In this document: positions 13,658 to 25,848 of the stretch, piece by piece | Position numbering within the stretch: the stretch's first letter is position 1 | Layout: the number at the start of each line of letters is the position of its first letter | NCBI GenBank assembly: GCA_015680685.1 | Contig: MNCI01001065.1 | Location: forward strand, 202,029-266,028 | Origin: Gnetum montanum | Lineage: Eukaryota > Plantae > Gnetophyta | Direction: 5' to 3' | Length of the DNA: 64,000 nucleotides | Notes under the pieces: generated by a model | The model's input: only the letters and a program-made list of their open reading frames with translations | The model's database searches: none | What the model was told of the DNA's origin: nothing | Translations under genes and position numbers: made by a program

Positions 13658-14905
13658 TGTGGACCTTTTGGTTTTGATATGTCAAAACATTAAGAAAAAT
13701 GGNTTGGACCTTTTGGTTTTGATATGTCAAAACATTAAGAAAAATGGAAGACAAGGTTATTTGTATGTGTGTTTCTTATTATGCTTGTAGGATAAGAACT
13801 TGGATTGAGACTTGGATTGTGCAAAGTTCTTAGACAAGGAATAATGCATTCATCATGCAAGAAACAAAGACATCTTCAAGAAATAGAAGATGACTTAGTA
13901 GAATTAAAGGCTTCACAAACAAAGACGTCTCTGAGAAATAGCAAATGCCTTTCTTCAAGCAAATATGTCTTCCACCAAGAAAAGATATCTTCAAAGAATA
14001 CAAGCTAGTTTAAAAAACACATATTTTCCCAAACAAAGACATCTTCCATCAAGCACAGATGTCTTCCAAGATGAAAACTTCAAAAAGACATCTTTCTCAA
14101 ATAAAGACATCTTCCTAGAATGGAAGGCAATTTTAGAGAGACGTCTCAAGCACAAGTAAGACATCTTCCATGACCGCTAATGACCATTGGCTAGTCGTTA
14201 CACAAGTTCTAAGATAGATTTAGAAATACAACAGCTATAAGAAAACTTGATGTGCATTGGGAAATGTGTAAGCTTATTTGTAATCATTATACAATCATTT
14301 GTATTCTCTATTGCTTCTCATTGTATTATAATTTTGGCATTGTAAAGTATGATGTACCTAAAAGTACAAGGATCAACAAACTAAGTTGCAATTATCCCTT
14401 GTAATTGATCTCCCTTGTTGCCTTACGGGGTTGATGTGCTTCCTATGGGAAGACATCTTGCTTGAACTTGTCAGAATCCTATGGGATTAATTTGTTGGTG
14501 CTATAGTACAACACTATGGTGCAAAGCTCAAGATTGTAGAGGTTATGGAAGCCTGGAAACCACATTTCCAAGCCTAATGGGACCTTGCAGGATTGAGTGA
14601 TTGGTGTTGTGGTAAAACACTCTAGAGTGGGGCTTGAATACTATATAGAATGTGGATCCTTCAACCACATTTTGAAACTAACAAAGTCCAAAGGTGTGCT
14701 TGTGATCTACCCTTTGAGCGTGGACTAGCCAAGTTGGCGAACCATGTTAAAATTTGATGCGTGTGTATCTTTAAGTTATAAATTTGAGAACTTATTCATT
14801 CTACCCCCACGCCTGCCCCCATGCACTAGCTTCCCACCGCCCCAAACCACACCCCCCTCCCCCCCAACCCCTTTCCCTTTTCCTTTCTAAGTTCCCTGAT
14901 CCTCA
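13658..14905 (+). repeat. 5' LTR of the copia element
   Basis: TG...CA termini followed by the PBS. Includes an artefactual ~45-bp duplication around the single N at 13703. Confidence 0.85.
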
Positions 14906-15589
14906 AGTGGTATCAAAGTAAGTACTCTTACTCTCCACAATAATATTCAAGAGTAAACATGGAAGGAACATTTGACATTAGATAGAGCCTAATAGACATT
15001 ATCAAATGGTGCATTCAATTCATTTGCCACATCTTTTATCAAAGTAAGTATATTATTTTCTTACTTACATTTAGAAAGATAGAAGCGTATGCTTATAAAT
15101 TTAATAATTCATGTGATTATCAAAATAACACTTCCTTTGAAGATAGGTATGGGATATTTTATCATAGCATTCTTTCTTTCCAAAATCTGTGTATTGAAAC
15201 AAAAGATGCTTTACATGTCAAAGAAATCAAAATCAAAGTTCTTAATGATAAATGCTCTTACCTCGAAAGAGAAAACTTATACCTTAGGGATGAGATTCAA
15301 AAACTAATAAGAATGTTTAAGCAAATGAACAAGAGCTCTATGGAGAAACCTAAGAATCAAAAATAACATTTATCCAAGATTGGTAAATCTTTTGGACCAA
15401 AAAACTTAAAATGTTTCTTTTTTTTTGTGGTAAATACGATCATGTTCAAGTGTATAGTTATCTTAGAATGCATCACTACTCTTGATCTTTGAAAAACAAG
15501 TCTAGAAAGAGAACCATGCAAGTTTGGAAAGAGAAAGAAGGAAATATTGAAAAAAAATTGATGGCACAAATTAACTTCTCCAAAGATAA

Positions 15590-17558
15590 TGCTAGCACAT
15601 GGTATACTGACAATGGGTGTTAAAGGCACATCACATGTGACAAATCCTACTTCACCCACTTCATGGAACAAAATTGTGATACAGTCACTTTTGCAGATGA
15701 CATGGAAGCACCCATAATAAGCATCAGTACCATAGGAAGTAAAGGTAAGGGATTACCCATTATGAACAAAGTGTTTTTTGTTGATACATTAAAACACAAT
15801 CTTCTTAGTGTAAGTCAACTTTCTAACTCAAATTTTAATGTTACCTTTTCAAAAGAAAGTTGTAGAATACAAGATTTATCTATTAGAAATATTGTGATTG
15901 AAGAATCTAGAAAACGAAATGTGTATACTGCTCTATTTGGAAACTCACCTAACCTTGAATCCAAGTGTTTAGTAAGTTGTGTATATGATACACACCTTTA
16001 GCATAAGAAGTTGGGCCACATCAATAAGGAAATTCTCCAAACCTTGGTAATAAAAGAAATGGTGTGTAATCTCCCTAAGCTTAAGGAATTCAACCTAAAT
16101 ATATGTGAATCTTTTCAAAAAAAAGGAAAATAAACAAGCGTAAAATTTGGTAAGAAAAATTTTATTTCTACAACTCATCTATTAGACCTACTTCATATGG
16201 ATGTAGTTGGTCCAATTCAAACTCTTAGTCTAGGAAAGAAAAGATATTTTTTGACCATTGTTGATGATTATTCTTGCTTTACTTTGGTTGCCTTTTTATA
16301 TCACAAAGATGACATGTTTGATCATTTTTTTGAGAATTAGCAATCAGATCTAGAAAGGAAAAGGATATGGTACTAAGATTAACAATGGAGGTGAGTTTAA
16401 AAATGCAAACTTTGAATAGTTTTATCAAATGAATAGAATTCTACACCAATTCTCTATTGTAAGAACTCCTCAACAAAATGATGTAGCTAAACAAAAGAAC
16501 ATAATCTTAAACAAGATGGGGAGAACACTATTAAATGATTGGAGTCTTTCTCACCACTTTTGGGCTGAAGCTATCAACACTACTTGTTACATGTCCAATA
16601 GGGTTCTAGTAAGAATATTCACTTCTAAAATCCCTTAGAAATTATGGACTAGTAGAAAACCCTTAGTTGCTTACTTTCATGTTTTTGGTTCAGAATGCTA
16701 TATCCTAAATGATAAAGATTCCTTGAGAAACTTTAATGTAAAACTTGATGGAACCTTCTTATGTCAAACCAAATATGTAAAAGATCTTTTTCTCAAATAT
16801 GGCTTAGCTGATGTTAAAGTTAAAGGTACTCCAATGGCTACAAATTCTAAACTTGTTAAATATGATCAAAGTAAGCCATTTGATCTTAAGCTTTATAGAG
16901 GTATGATTGGTAGTCTTCTTTATCTAACTGCAAGTTGACTAAATATAGCTTTAAGTGTAGGATTTTGTGCTAGATATCAATAAGCTCCAAAAGAATCTCA
17001 CTACTAGGCTGTTAAACAAATTTTTCACTGCTTAAAAGGTACTACTAACTGAGGCCTTTGGTATCAAAAGGATTCCTCCCTTGATCTTTTTAGTTATTGT
17101 GATGCAACTTGGGCAGGATGTTCTAATGATCATTGTAGCACAAGTGGAAATTGTTTCTTTTTGGCAAGAAGTCTTATTTCTTGGACAACCAAGAAGTAAA
17201 CCTCTATAGCTCTTTCAATCGTAGAAGTTGAACATATCTCTACCAGCAGTTGTTGTGCTCAATTACTTTGGATGAAAGAGACTCTTAAAGATTTGGAGTA
17301 AATATCGACTCAACTCTTATTTACTATAATAACAAGAGCACCATGAACATGACAAAGCATCCAATCCAACATTCTTGTACAAACAATATTGAGATTCGCC
17401 ATCATTTCATATGGGAGCATACACAATGTGGTCATATCAAGCTAAAGTTCACTAGAACCGAGAGTCAACTAGTTAATGCCTTCACAAAACCCATAGATGA
17501 ACATCAATTGGCATCTCTATGCAAGGATATGGGGATAGGACCTTTTCATGTCATGTGA
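15590..17558 (+). pseudogene. copia pol remnant (protease, integrase, RT end, RNase H)
   Basis: WYTDNGC*RHIT; LKHNLLSVSQL; HKKLGHIN; LLHMDVVGP; RTPQQNDVAKQKN; FWAEAINTTCY; LCQTKYVKDL; YRGMIGSLLYLTAS; HSCTNNIEIRHHFI; ESQLVNAFTKP. Confidence 0.9.
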
Positions 17559-17802
17559 GTCTTTTCATTCTCTCTATTCTTACTCCACATAAAACAAAAC
17601 CAAACAAAAATAACAATCCAAAACACCAAAAACATTTTCTTTTCTCTATGCATCTATTTAGGGGAAGTTTGCTTCACCTTTTTGGTTATGTCCAAAAAAG
17701 GGGAGAAATAGCTATTTAAAATGTGTTATTATTGTGCTTTTATTATTAATACAAGACTAATCCATTTTCTTAAGTTTTAAACATTACCAAAAAGGAGGAG
17801 AT

Positions 17803-18645
17803 TGTGGACCTTCTAGTTTTGGTATGTCAAAATGTTAAGAAAAATGGAAGACAAGGTTATTTGTATGTGTGTGTTCTAATTATGCTTGCAGGATATGAAC
17901 TTGGATTGAGACTTTGATTATGTAAGGTTTTAGACAAGGAACAATACATTCATCATGTAAGAGAAAGTGAACAAAGCCATCTTCAAAAAAATAAAAGATG
18001 ACTTAGCAGAATTGAAGGCTTCACAGACAAACACATCTCTGAGAAATAGTAAACATCTTTCTTTAAGAAAAGATGTCTTTCACCAAGAAAAGACATCTTC
18101 ACATATTGTAGGCCAATTTTAGAAAGATTTCTTTCTCCATACAAAGACGTCTTCCATCAAACAAAGATGTCTTTTAGAATGAAGATTTTAGAAAGATGTC
18201 TTTCCTAGACAAATACATCTTCCAAAAAATGGAACGCAATTTTAGAGAGACATCTCAAGCACAAGTAAGATGTCTTCCATGATCATTAATGATCATTGGC
18301 TAGCCATTATAAAAGTTCCAAGATGGATTTAGAAATATGGTAGCTATAAGAAGACTTGATGTGCATTAGGAAATATGCAAGATTATTTGTAATCATTGTA
18401 CAATCATTTTATAATCATTTGTATTCTCTATTTCTCCTCATTATATTATCATTTTAGCACTATACCTAAAAGTACAAGGATTAGCAAACTAAGTTCCAGT
18501 TATCCCTTGTAATTGTTCTCCCTTGTTGCCCTATGAGGTTGATGTGCTTCTTATGGGAAGACATCTTACTTGAATTTGTCAAGATCCTGTGGGATTGAGT
18601 TGTTGGTGTTGCAGTACAACACTCTGGTGTGGAGCTCAAGATTGT
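17803..18645 (+). repeat. 3' LTR of the copia element (distal ~370 bp missing)
   Basis: Aligns to the 5' LTR up to ...gctcaagattgt (5' LTR ~14537), then switches abruptly to host gypsy sequence. Confidence 0.85.
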
Positions 18646-19083
18646 CTTCTTCATAATTGTTCCAACTTATCAATTTCTTCTACATGGGCACTTATAATCT
18701 AGTTTGTTGATTCCATGTATATGTTTGATTCAATTTCTCCTTCTGTAATTAACCATTGGGTGCCTTCTTGTTGAGTGGCTACTGCATACAGGCTTTTTGC
18801 ACACACATCTTTTTCATGTTGTATTATTTTCTTGTTTAATTGCCCATATTTTCTACATGCAATTGCACCCATAATAGTTATATGTGATACATGAAACACT
18901 ACATCTTCAAATGATTCCAACTTCATCTTCCTTAGAGATTTCCAAGGATAAGTCTCTAATGCTAAGCTTAGCATCTACAGTGCTAAGCCAAGCTCTTCCC
19001 ATTATGATAGCGAACTCACTCTTATTTTTACATACATGAATGACCAAAAAATTAGTAGGATAGCACTAGCCACTAATAGTAGT

Positions 19084-19887
19084 TGATGGGATGCGATATC
19101 ACATGGGCCGCGATATCACGTCTTCCCTTGCGATATCGCATACGCGATATCGTAGTGTGCCGCCAAATCTATAAATAAGAGGCGGCTCTCCCTTATTTTG
19201 AAGTTTAGGCCTAAACCGTAGTCAAACTCTGGCAGTTTTTCCTCTCCAAAGATAGAATAGTTTCCATGTGCCCACAGTAGGAGCTTCAAAGTGAACGGAT
19301 CTTTATTTGAGCAAATATTGTACCTGAACACAAGTTTGTGTACGGACATAAAGATGAACTTCTTGGATAAACCTTGCAGTGCATGGACTAGGCTAAATAG
19401 GACTTTATTTATTGTTAATGTTTAAATGCTTTATTAGTTCATTAAATCTCTCTCAATCCTTCTCTCCTAGTTAAGTGCATTCAGTACGACCGCTTCGAGC
19501 ACATGCGTTACGCTTGGTAATCCCAGCAACGAATAGCGTTTGGTAATCCCATAAGGTTTCATTGGTTTAGGGTGTGAACGGTAAGTGGGAACAGATACTG
19601 ATGCTAGGTTAATTAAGACTTAGTTATTTAAAGTTAGTTAATTAGTCTCTTCACCTTCTCCCTCATTAGCATAGGCAATAAAACATAAAAGATATAAAAA
19701 TCATATACCTCAGACTTACTTAACCATACAACCGTGACAAACACAAGTAAGTCTGGGAAGAAAACAAACAATTAACCTTAAGTGTTCCATAAGGCATGTA
19801 GGCACTTAGTCTGTAGAGTTCGACCAGATCGTGCCTGTAACGCTCGTATTCGTATGATTGAGTGTAGGGGTACCTCGCCACTCATCA
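19084..19887 (+). repeat. 5' LTR of copy 2 (804 bp)
   Basis: TG...CA termini, TATAAATA at 19170-19177, followed by the PBS. Confidence 0.95.
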
Positions 19888-20033
19888 TTGGCCCCGTTGC
19901 TGGGGACTAAGTTGTTTGTGCCTTAAGTAGAACATAGGAAATCATCTACATCGTTGGGAAGCTTAAACGAACCCTTAGGGTTAATCAAAAGAAAATTAAA
20001 TAATGGTCAAGTAGCACACCAAGTAAGACAACA

Positions 20034-23019
20034 ATGTCTTCTTCTTCTTCTCACAAAAGCACTTCACCACCTAAGGATCACACTAGAGATAGTCGGCGGC
20101 ATCAAACACATAACCAAAATCTGCCAGGTCCTCAAGAATTCAGTGTGGTGTACATTCATCATGATGAATATGTACCCAACTTTACCTTTGTCTTCCATCA
20201 AGACGAACAGCTGCATTGGAGAGATTTAGAAGGTAACATCGTGTTACCTCCAGATAGAGCCGTCCACAACATGCTCCTTCATGCCCTTGCACGAATTGAC
20301 ATGTCACAACTATATGCTGAGTATGTTTCATGCAATTACAATGCAAGGGACTACCATTCCACAGAAGCGCAACATCAACGGGATGAGCGGTGGGAGAGTT
20401 ACCACACATCGTTGAAGGGCAAAGGCCCCCGTAATGCTTCACCTACTATACACGAAGTTAAGGTGAACCTATTCTCATAGGTTCTCCACCAAATGATGTT
20501 CCCCCTCCTAACAATGGTCAGGAGGTGGTGGTTCAAAACCTATGCTCCACGATCCACAACTCTGGTTCTAATCCCCATGAACACCAAGTGTTGAATGAGG
20601 GAACACAGACACATGACAAGCGTGAGCATTCTGATCGTCATCACGATCGGGGCAGGGATCATCAAAGAGAAGTTAGGAGACATCGTCATGGCAATGGCCC
20701 TCCTTCTTCTTCCTCTTCATCACATCATTCACCCTCTCCTTCAACATCAGGACGCAGTCACAAAGAGAGAAATCGTGAGGATAAGGGTAAGCAAAATGAT
20801 AGACCTCGACAAGAGAGTCTAGAGCGAGGACAAGGGCATTCGAGAGAATCAAGGCATGAAAGAGGGAAAGTAGGGAACCACGTAGGCATCATAGACATCA
20901 TGAGAGAGATGATCATGAGGAACCCCTACTAGCAACCCAAAGTATGTTAGATATTATGGAGGCTATGAGGATACCTACAAAGCATCAAAAGGATAGTCGG
21001 ATCAAGAGACTAAACATGAACAATATCCCACGGTTTGAGGGAGGATACAATGCTAATTCGCAGAATCACTTACAGGCATTTCACGATGCCTATGCCTTGC
21101 AGAACATCAAAAATGAGTGGCAAAAATTAAAGTTGTTTCCTAGGACACTCGTGAAGGAAGCGGAAAGCTGGTATCGGTCCTTCGAACTGGAAACCATTAG
21201 GAGGTGGGGTATGATGCTATAACTATTTAATGATAAATATCAAACGTACTCCCGAGTGTCCAACTTGTGAAAGCAGATCCATGGATGGAAGCAAAGTACT
21301 CACAAACCCTTGGATGCTACCATGGGCTGATATTATGCATTGCTACATCATTGCCCGGGCCATGGTTACGCACAACAGGATCAACTCCGCCACCTCGTAG
21401 ATGGGCTAAGACATGAAACCAGGAGAACCCTTGGGACATATGCCCAAGGGAGATTATCTGAACTTAGGTCCCATGAAATTCATCAATTGTTGGAGCAAGT
21501 AGCTAAAGAAGAAGGGGAGCTACGGAAAAGAGAAAGCGCGGAAGAGTACAACTGCGATCCTTCCCTCCAAAAAAGGGGAGTGAGATTCTGCGATGAAGAG
21601 GATGAGTCACCACTCGAAGAGTTGGTGAATAGAAAAATCTTGTCGCTTCAGAAATTAACAATGGAAGTGGTGGCTAAGGTAGATCAAATACAGGACTCCC
21701 TAGATAGTATATTTGAACTTATCCTGAAAATCGTAGAGGATTCTAAGGAACAAAGTAGTGACCATGATAAGAAAAAGCGGAGAGATTCAGACCATGCATG
21801 TGACAAGGGTAAGGGAAAAATGACTATCGTCGATGAGGTTGTGGATTCTGATACAGACAATGATGGTGGATGTGAGATCTGCCAATATGACCATCCTAAG
21901 GGATGTTGCCCAATAATCTCACATCTATAAGAGTCTAGGGTGTGTGCACTCAACCCAAGACTTAACAGACGACAAGCACCCCATCGGTTACCTTATCCCC
22001 AAGGTAACCCAAGGAAGTTCCACCAACTATTAACATATTATCTAAGTGGAACTTCGACACAACCTATTGGGCAACACTAGCAGTGGCAACACCCATAGTC
22101 ATGGGGGATGCCACCGCCTAGGCAAAAATACCCTTACCGGCAACCAAACCCATATGGATACTACGTGCAGCAGCCAGTTTCTCCAAGTGACTCTATGGGT
22201 CACGCAACCCCACAATGTCACTACCAAGTTCAAGAGTATTTTAGGACTCCTTCTCCTCCGAGAGACGCACCACATACATACCATCCTCTGAATCCATNNN
22301 NNNNNNNNNNNNNNNNNNNNNNNNNNNNNNNNNNNNNNNNNNNNNNNNNNNNNNNNNNNNNNNNNNNNNNNNNNNNNNNNNNNNNNNNNNNNNNNNNNNT
22401 GACCACTTCTCCAACAAATAAGGCTTTGGAGCTCCCTTCAAACCAACAACAAAGCTCAACGCACATGGTTATGTTAACACATACCGTTACTGACTGGATC
22501 AAGGTGGGCCACCTTCCCAAGAAATTCTCTAATCCTGGAAGCCCCCTAATTTATCTCCAAGTCACTGGGAATGAACCTCATAAGGCTCTTCTCGACTCAG
22601 GTTCCAGAGTCAACCTAATCTCATGAGAAATGTATAAATCGTGGAACCTGCCTCCACTTAAAAAGAGCAATATTCAACTAGAGCTGGCTAACCATTCCAT
22701 CACCATTCCCTTGGGATTGGTGGAGGACATCATTACCACTGTGTGTGGTTGGTCATACCCAGTTGATTTCCTGGTGATAGAAGTCAACAGTAGCAAAGGG
22801 GACTTCCCAATTATAATGGGAAGGGCATGGCTAAGTACAATAGATGCATGCCTAGGAATACGTGATCTTTCCTTGGAAATATCTAAGGTAAACATTTATG
22901 GAAATATCGAGAAGAAGAAAGTTCCATGCATCACATACAGTGACTCGGAGGGTGATGACATGGAGGAATGCCCAGCATCTCCTACCTGCAACTGGTGTGC
23001 ACAAGAAAATCAGATATAA
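20034..23019 (+). pseudogene. gag-protease polyprotein of copy 2, broken by stops and frameshifts
   Basis: Consecutive ORF pieces 20034..20480, 20525..20932, 20944..21222, 21340..21930, 22108..22626 and 22630..23019. Motifs: IPRFEGG..HLQAF, KLKLFPRTL..AESWY, LLHHCPGHGY, CEICQYDHPKGCCP, ALLDSGSRVNLIS, FPIIMGRAWLST. Confidence 0.92.
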
Positions 23020-25034
23020 AGGTGCCTGTAGCAACCACTCAACAAGAGAACACCCAGTGGTTGACAACTGATCAAGAGAGTAGCCCACCAACATGCACGG
23101 AACGAACTGGGGGAACAAACTGCACCCACAGCGAAAGCATAGATACATTGGAATATGAGCGTTGCCAACTTCCACCCCTTAACCTGAAAACATCAATCGA
23201 GAGAAGTTGGACACTTCTAAAAAATTCAAATAGGCACTCATTATTTTGGATCTCTCCCTTTCCATTCAGTCATGGGGGAGATGGCCACCTATGCTAATCA
23301 TTTGAGGCCCTCAGTTCTTTTAAGTTTTTGTTTTACACATTTTTTTTTACACATTTTTGTTTTACAAATTTCTTTAACTTTTCTGGTTTTTGTTTTACAA
23401 CATCGTTCATACGTTTCCATTTCTTGTGTGTGTTATCCAGCTTGTAATTTTGTCACCCAATAAGTGTTCTTAATGATGGTATGACTTGTTTTTCTATTGG
23501 TTGCTAATGTTTGGTTTTTACCTTTAAGTTATGATGTTGATATTAATGTATGGTTCTTTTGATATGACAGGCAATGAGTCACTTCATCCATACATCCATA
23601 AATTTCTATGGTCTCTCTTGGCTTGGAAATGTACAGTCCCTTTCTAATTAAGAACTATCAATGAATTAGTGACTGGGCATTTCTCAAACTAAGGAAGGAC
23701 TCAAGGATTGAAAAGGGTGTGGCTTCAAGGGAACTTGATGCATTTNNNNNNNNNNNNNNNNNNNNNNNNNNNNNNNNNNNNNNNNNNNNNNNNNNNNNNN
23801 NNNNNNNNNNNNNNNNNNNNNNNNNNNNNNNNNNNNNNNNNNNNNNNNNNNNNNNNNNNNNNNNNNNNNNNNNNNNNNNNNNNNNNNNNNNNNNNNNNNN
23901 NNNNNNNNNNNNNNNNNNNNNNNNNNNNNNNNNNNNNNNNNNNNNNNNNNNNNNNNNNNNNNNNNNNNNNNNNNNNNNNNNNNNNNNNNNNNNNNNNNNN
24001 NNNNNNNNNNNNNNNNNNNNNNNNNNNNNNNNNNNNNNNNNNNNNNNNNNNNNNNNNNNNNNNNNNNNNNNNNNNNNNNNNNNNNNNNNNNNNNNNNNNN
24101 NNNNNNNNNNNNNNNNNNNNNNNNNNNNNNNNNNNNNNNNNNNNNNNNNNNNNNNNNNNNNNNNNNNNNNNNNNNNNNNNNNNNNNNNNNNNNNNNNNNN
24201 NNNNNNNNNNNNNNNNNNNNNNNNNNNNNNNNNNNNNNNNNNNNNNNNNNNNNNNNNNNNNNNNGGCATGAGCCTGCTTTGGGGAGGACCCACTGGCATT
24301 CCTATTTGGTACACCAGTTAAATTCTTTCCCTTAACATTTTTGCAATCCACTCTATTTTGTTCATTTCCATCTTGACATCTATTTCATCAATGTTATAGT
24401 TGTCTCTTTTTCTCCATCTTTCTTGTTCTTTTTCTTTCTCCATTCTATAGCTACCAAAGGTTTGCGATTAGTCATGGGGGTCTTGGTCCAATTTTTTCGA
24501 TTTTCTCCTAACCCCTACACCTTCAATAGTCACCACTATTATATCTCCAGACCCGTATCAGCCATACCACAACTTATCCAATGGACCTTTCGTTGAAGTA
24601 AGGTATCAACTGCATTGTGATTCATTTACCCTTGCTAATATAAAGACTATATTGTATGTGCATATGATAATCATATAACAACGGATTGGATCTGGAGGGA
24701 ACACATGGAATCAATCGATGCTGAAGCAGCTATGCAAGGAACAAGATGGATGGCACACTTATGGATAGACAATGAAAGGCGCAACCTTGGCATTGGAAGC
24801 AACAGACTTCTTCTCTCTTCTCTCTTCTTTCTCAACTACCAAATAAGCCCTGATGTCAAATGTATAAAGTGCTCACTCTTGTTGTCGTGAACACTAGTGT
24901 TGTCTTGTCTTGTAATGATGATCCGTTCACATGTCATCCCATTCACCATTAGTTCCATTCAAGTTAATAATCTCATACCTTCCCAATATTTTGTAAGAAA
25001 CTCGAGGACGAGTTTTAATTCAGTCATGGAGGTA

Positions 25035-25843
25035 TGATGGGACGCGATATCGCATTCCCAACAATATCGCATACGCGATATCGCATCTTCTCCTGCGATA
25101 TTGCGTATATCGCAGTGCGTCGCCAAATCTATAAATAAGAGGCAGCTCTCCCTTGTTTTGAAGTTTAGGCCTAAACTGTAGTGAAACTCTGGCATTTTTT
25201 CCTCTCCAAAGATAGAATAATTTCCATGTGCCCGCAGTAGGAGCTCCAAAGTGAACGGATCTTTATTCGAGCAAATATTGTACCTGAACACAAGTTTGTG
25301 TACGGAAATAAAGACGAACTTCTTGGATAAACCTTGCAGTTCATGGACTATGCTAAATAGGACTTTATTTATTGTTAATGTTTAAATGCTTTATTAGTTC
25401 ATTAAATCTCTCCCAACCCTTCTCTCCTAGTTAATTGCATTCAGTACGACCGCTTCGAGCACGTGCGTTACGCTTGGTAATCCCAGCAACGAATAGTGTT
25501 TGGTAATCCCAAAAGGTTGCATTGGTTTAGGGTGTAAACAGTAAGTGGGAACGGATATTGATGCTAGGTTAATTAAGACTTAGTTAAAGTTAGTTAATTA
25601 GTCTCTTCACCCTCTCCCTCATTAGCATAGGCAATAAAACATAAAAGATATAAAAATCATATACCTCAGACTTACTTAACCATACAACCGTGACAAATAC
25701 AAGTAAGTCTGGGAAGACAACGAACGATTAACCTTAAGTGTTCCATAAGGCGTGTAGGCACTTAGTCTGCGAAGTTCGACTGGATCACGCGTGTAACGCT
25801 CGTATTCGTATGGTTCAGTGTAGGGGTACCTCGCCACTCATCA
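25035..25843 (+). repeat. 3' LTR of copy 2 (809 bp)
   Basis: Direct repeat of 19084-19887, followed by the TSD. Confidence 0.95.
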
Positions 25844-25848
25844 GTAGT

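Larger units (their letters stand above)
13658..18645 (+). mobile_element. Ty1/copia element of the SIRE/Maximus (Sirevirus) lineage, internally deleted, 3' LTR truncated
   Basis: LTRs 13658-14905 and 17803-18645 both start TGTGGACCTT. Other signals: iMet PBS TGGTATCAAAG (14908-14918), C-rich LTR 3' end (~14803-14880), and repeated PPTs (CCAAAAAAGGGGAG ~17692, CCAAAAAGGAGGAGAT ~17787-17802). Domain order is PR-INT-RT-RH. Confidence 0.88.
19084..25843 (+). mobile_element. Complete non-autonomous Athila-lineage LTR element (gag+protease only), copy 2, with 5-bp TSD GTAGT
   Basis: LTRs 19084-19887 and 25035-25843 (TGATG...CATCA); GTAGT at 19079-19083 and 25844-25848; PBS TGGCCCCGTTGCTGGGGA at 19889-19906; Athila-like ACTCGAGGACGAGT motif before the 3' LTR. 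The flanks rejoin as the host protease. Confidence 0.95.

Noticed and set aside
13658-13748. Apparent 45-bp tandem duplication at the copia LTR start
   Set aside because: The two copies flank a single N (13703) and the 3' LTR has one copy, so this is unmerged contig overlap.
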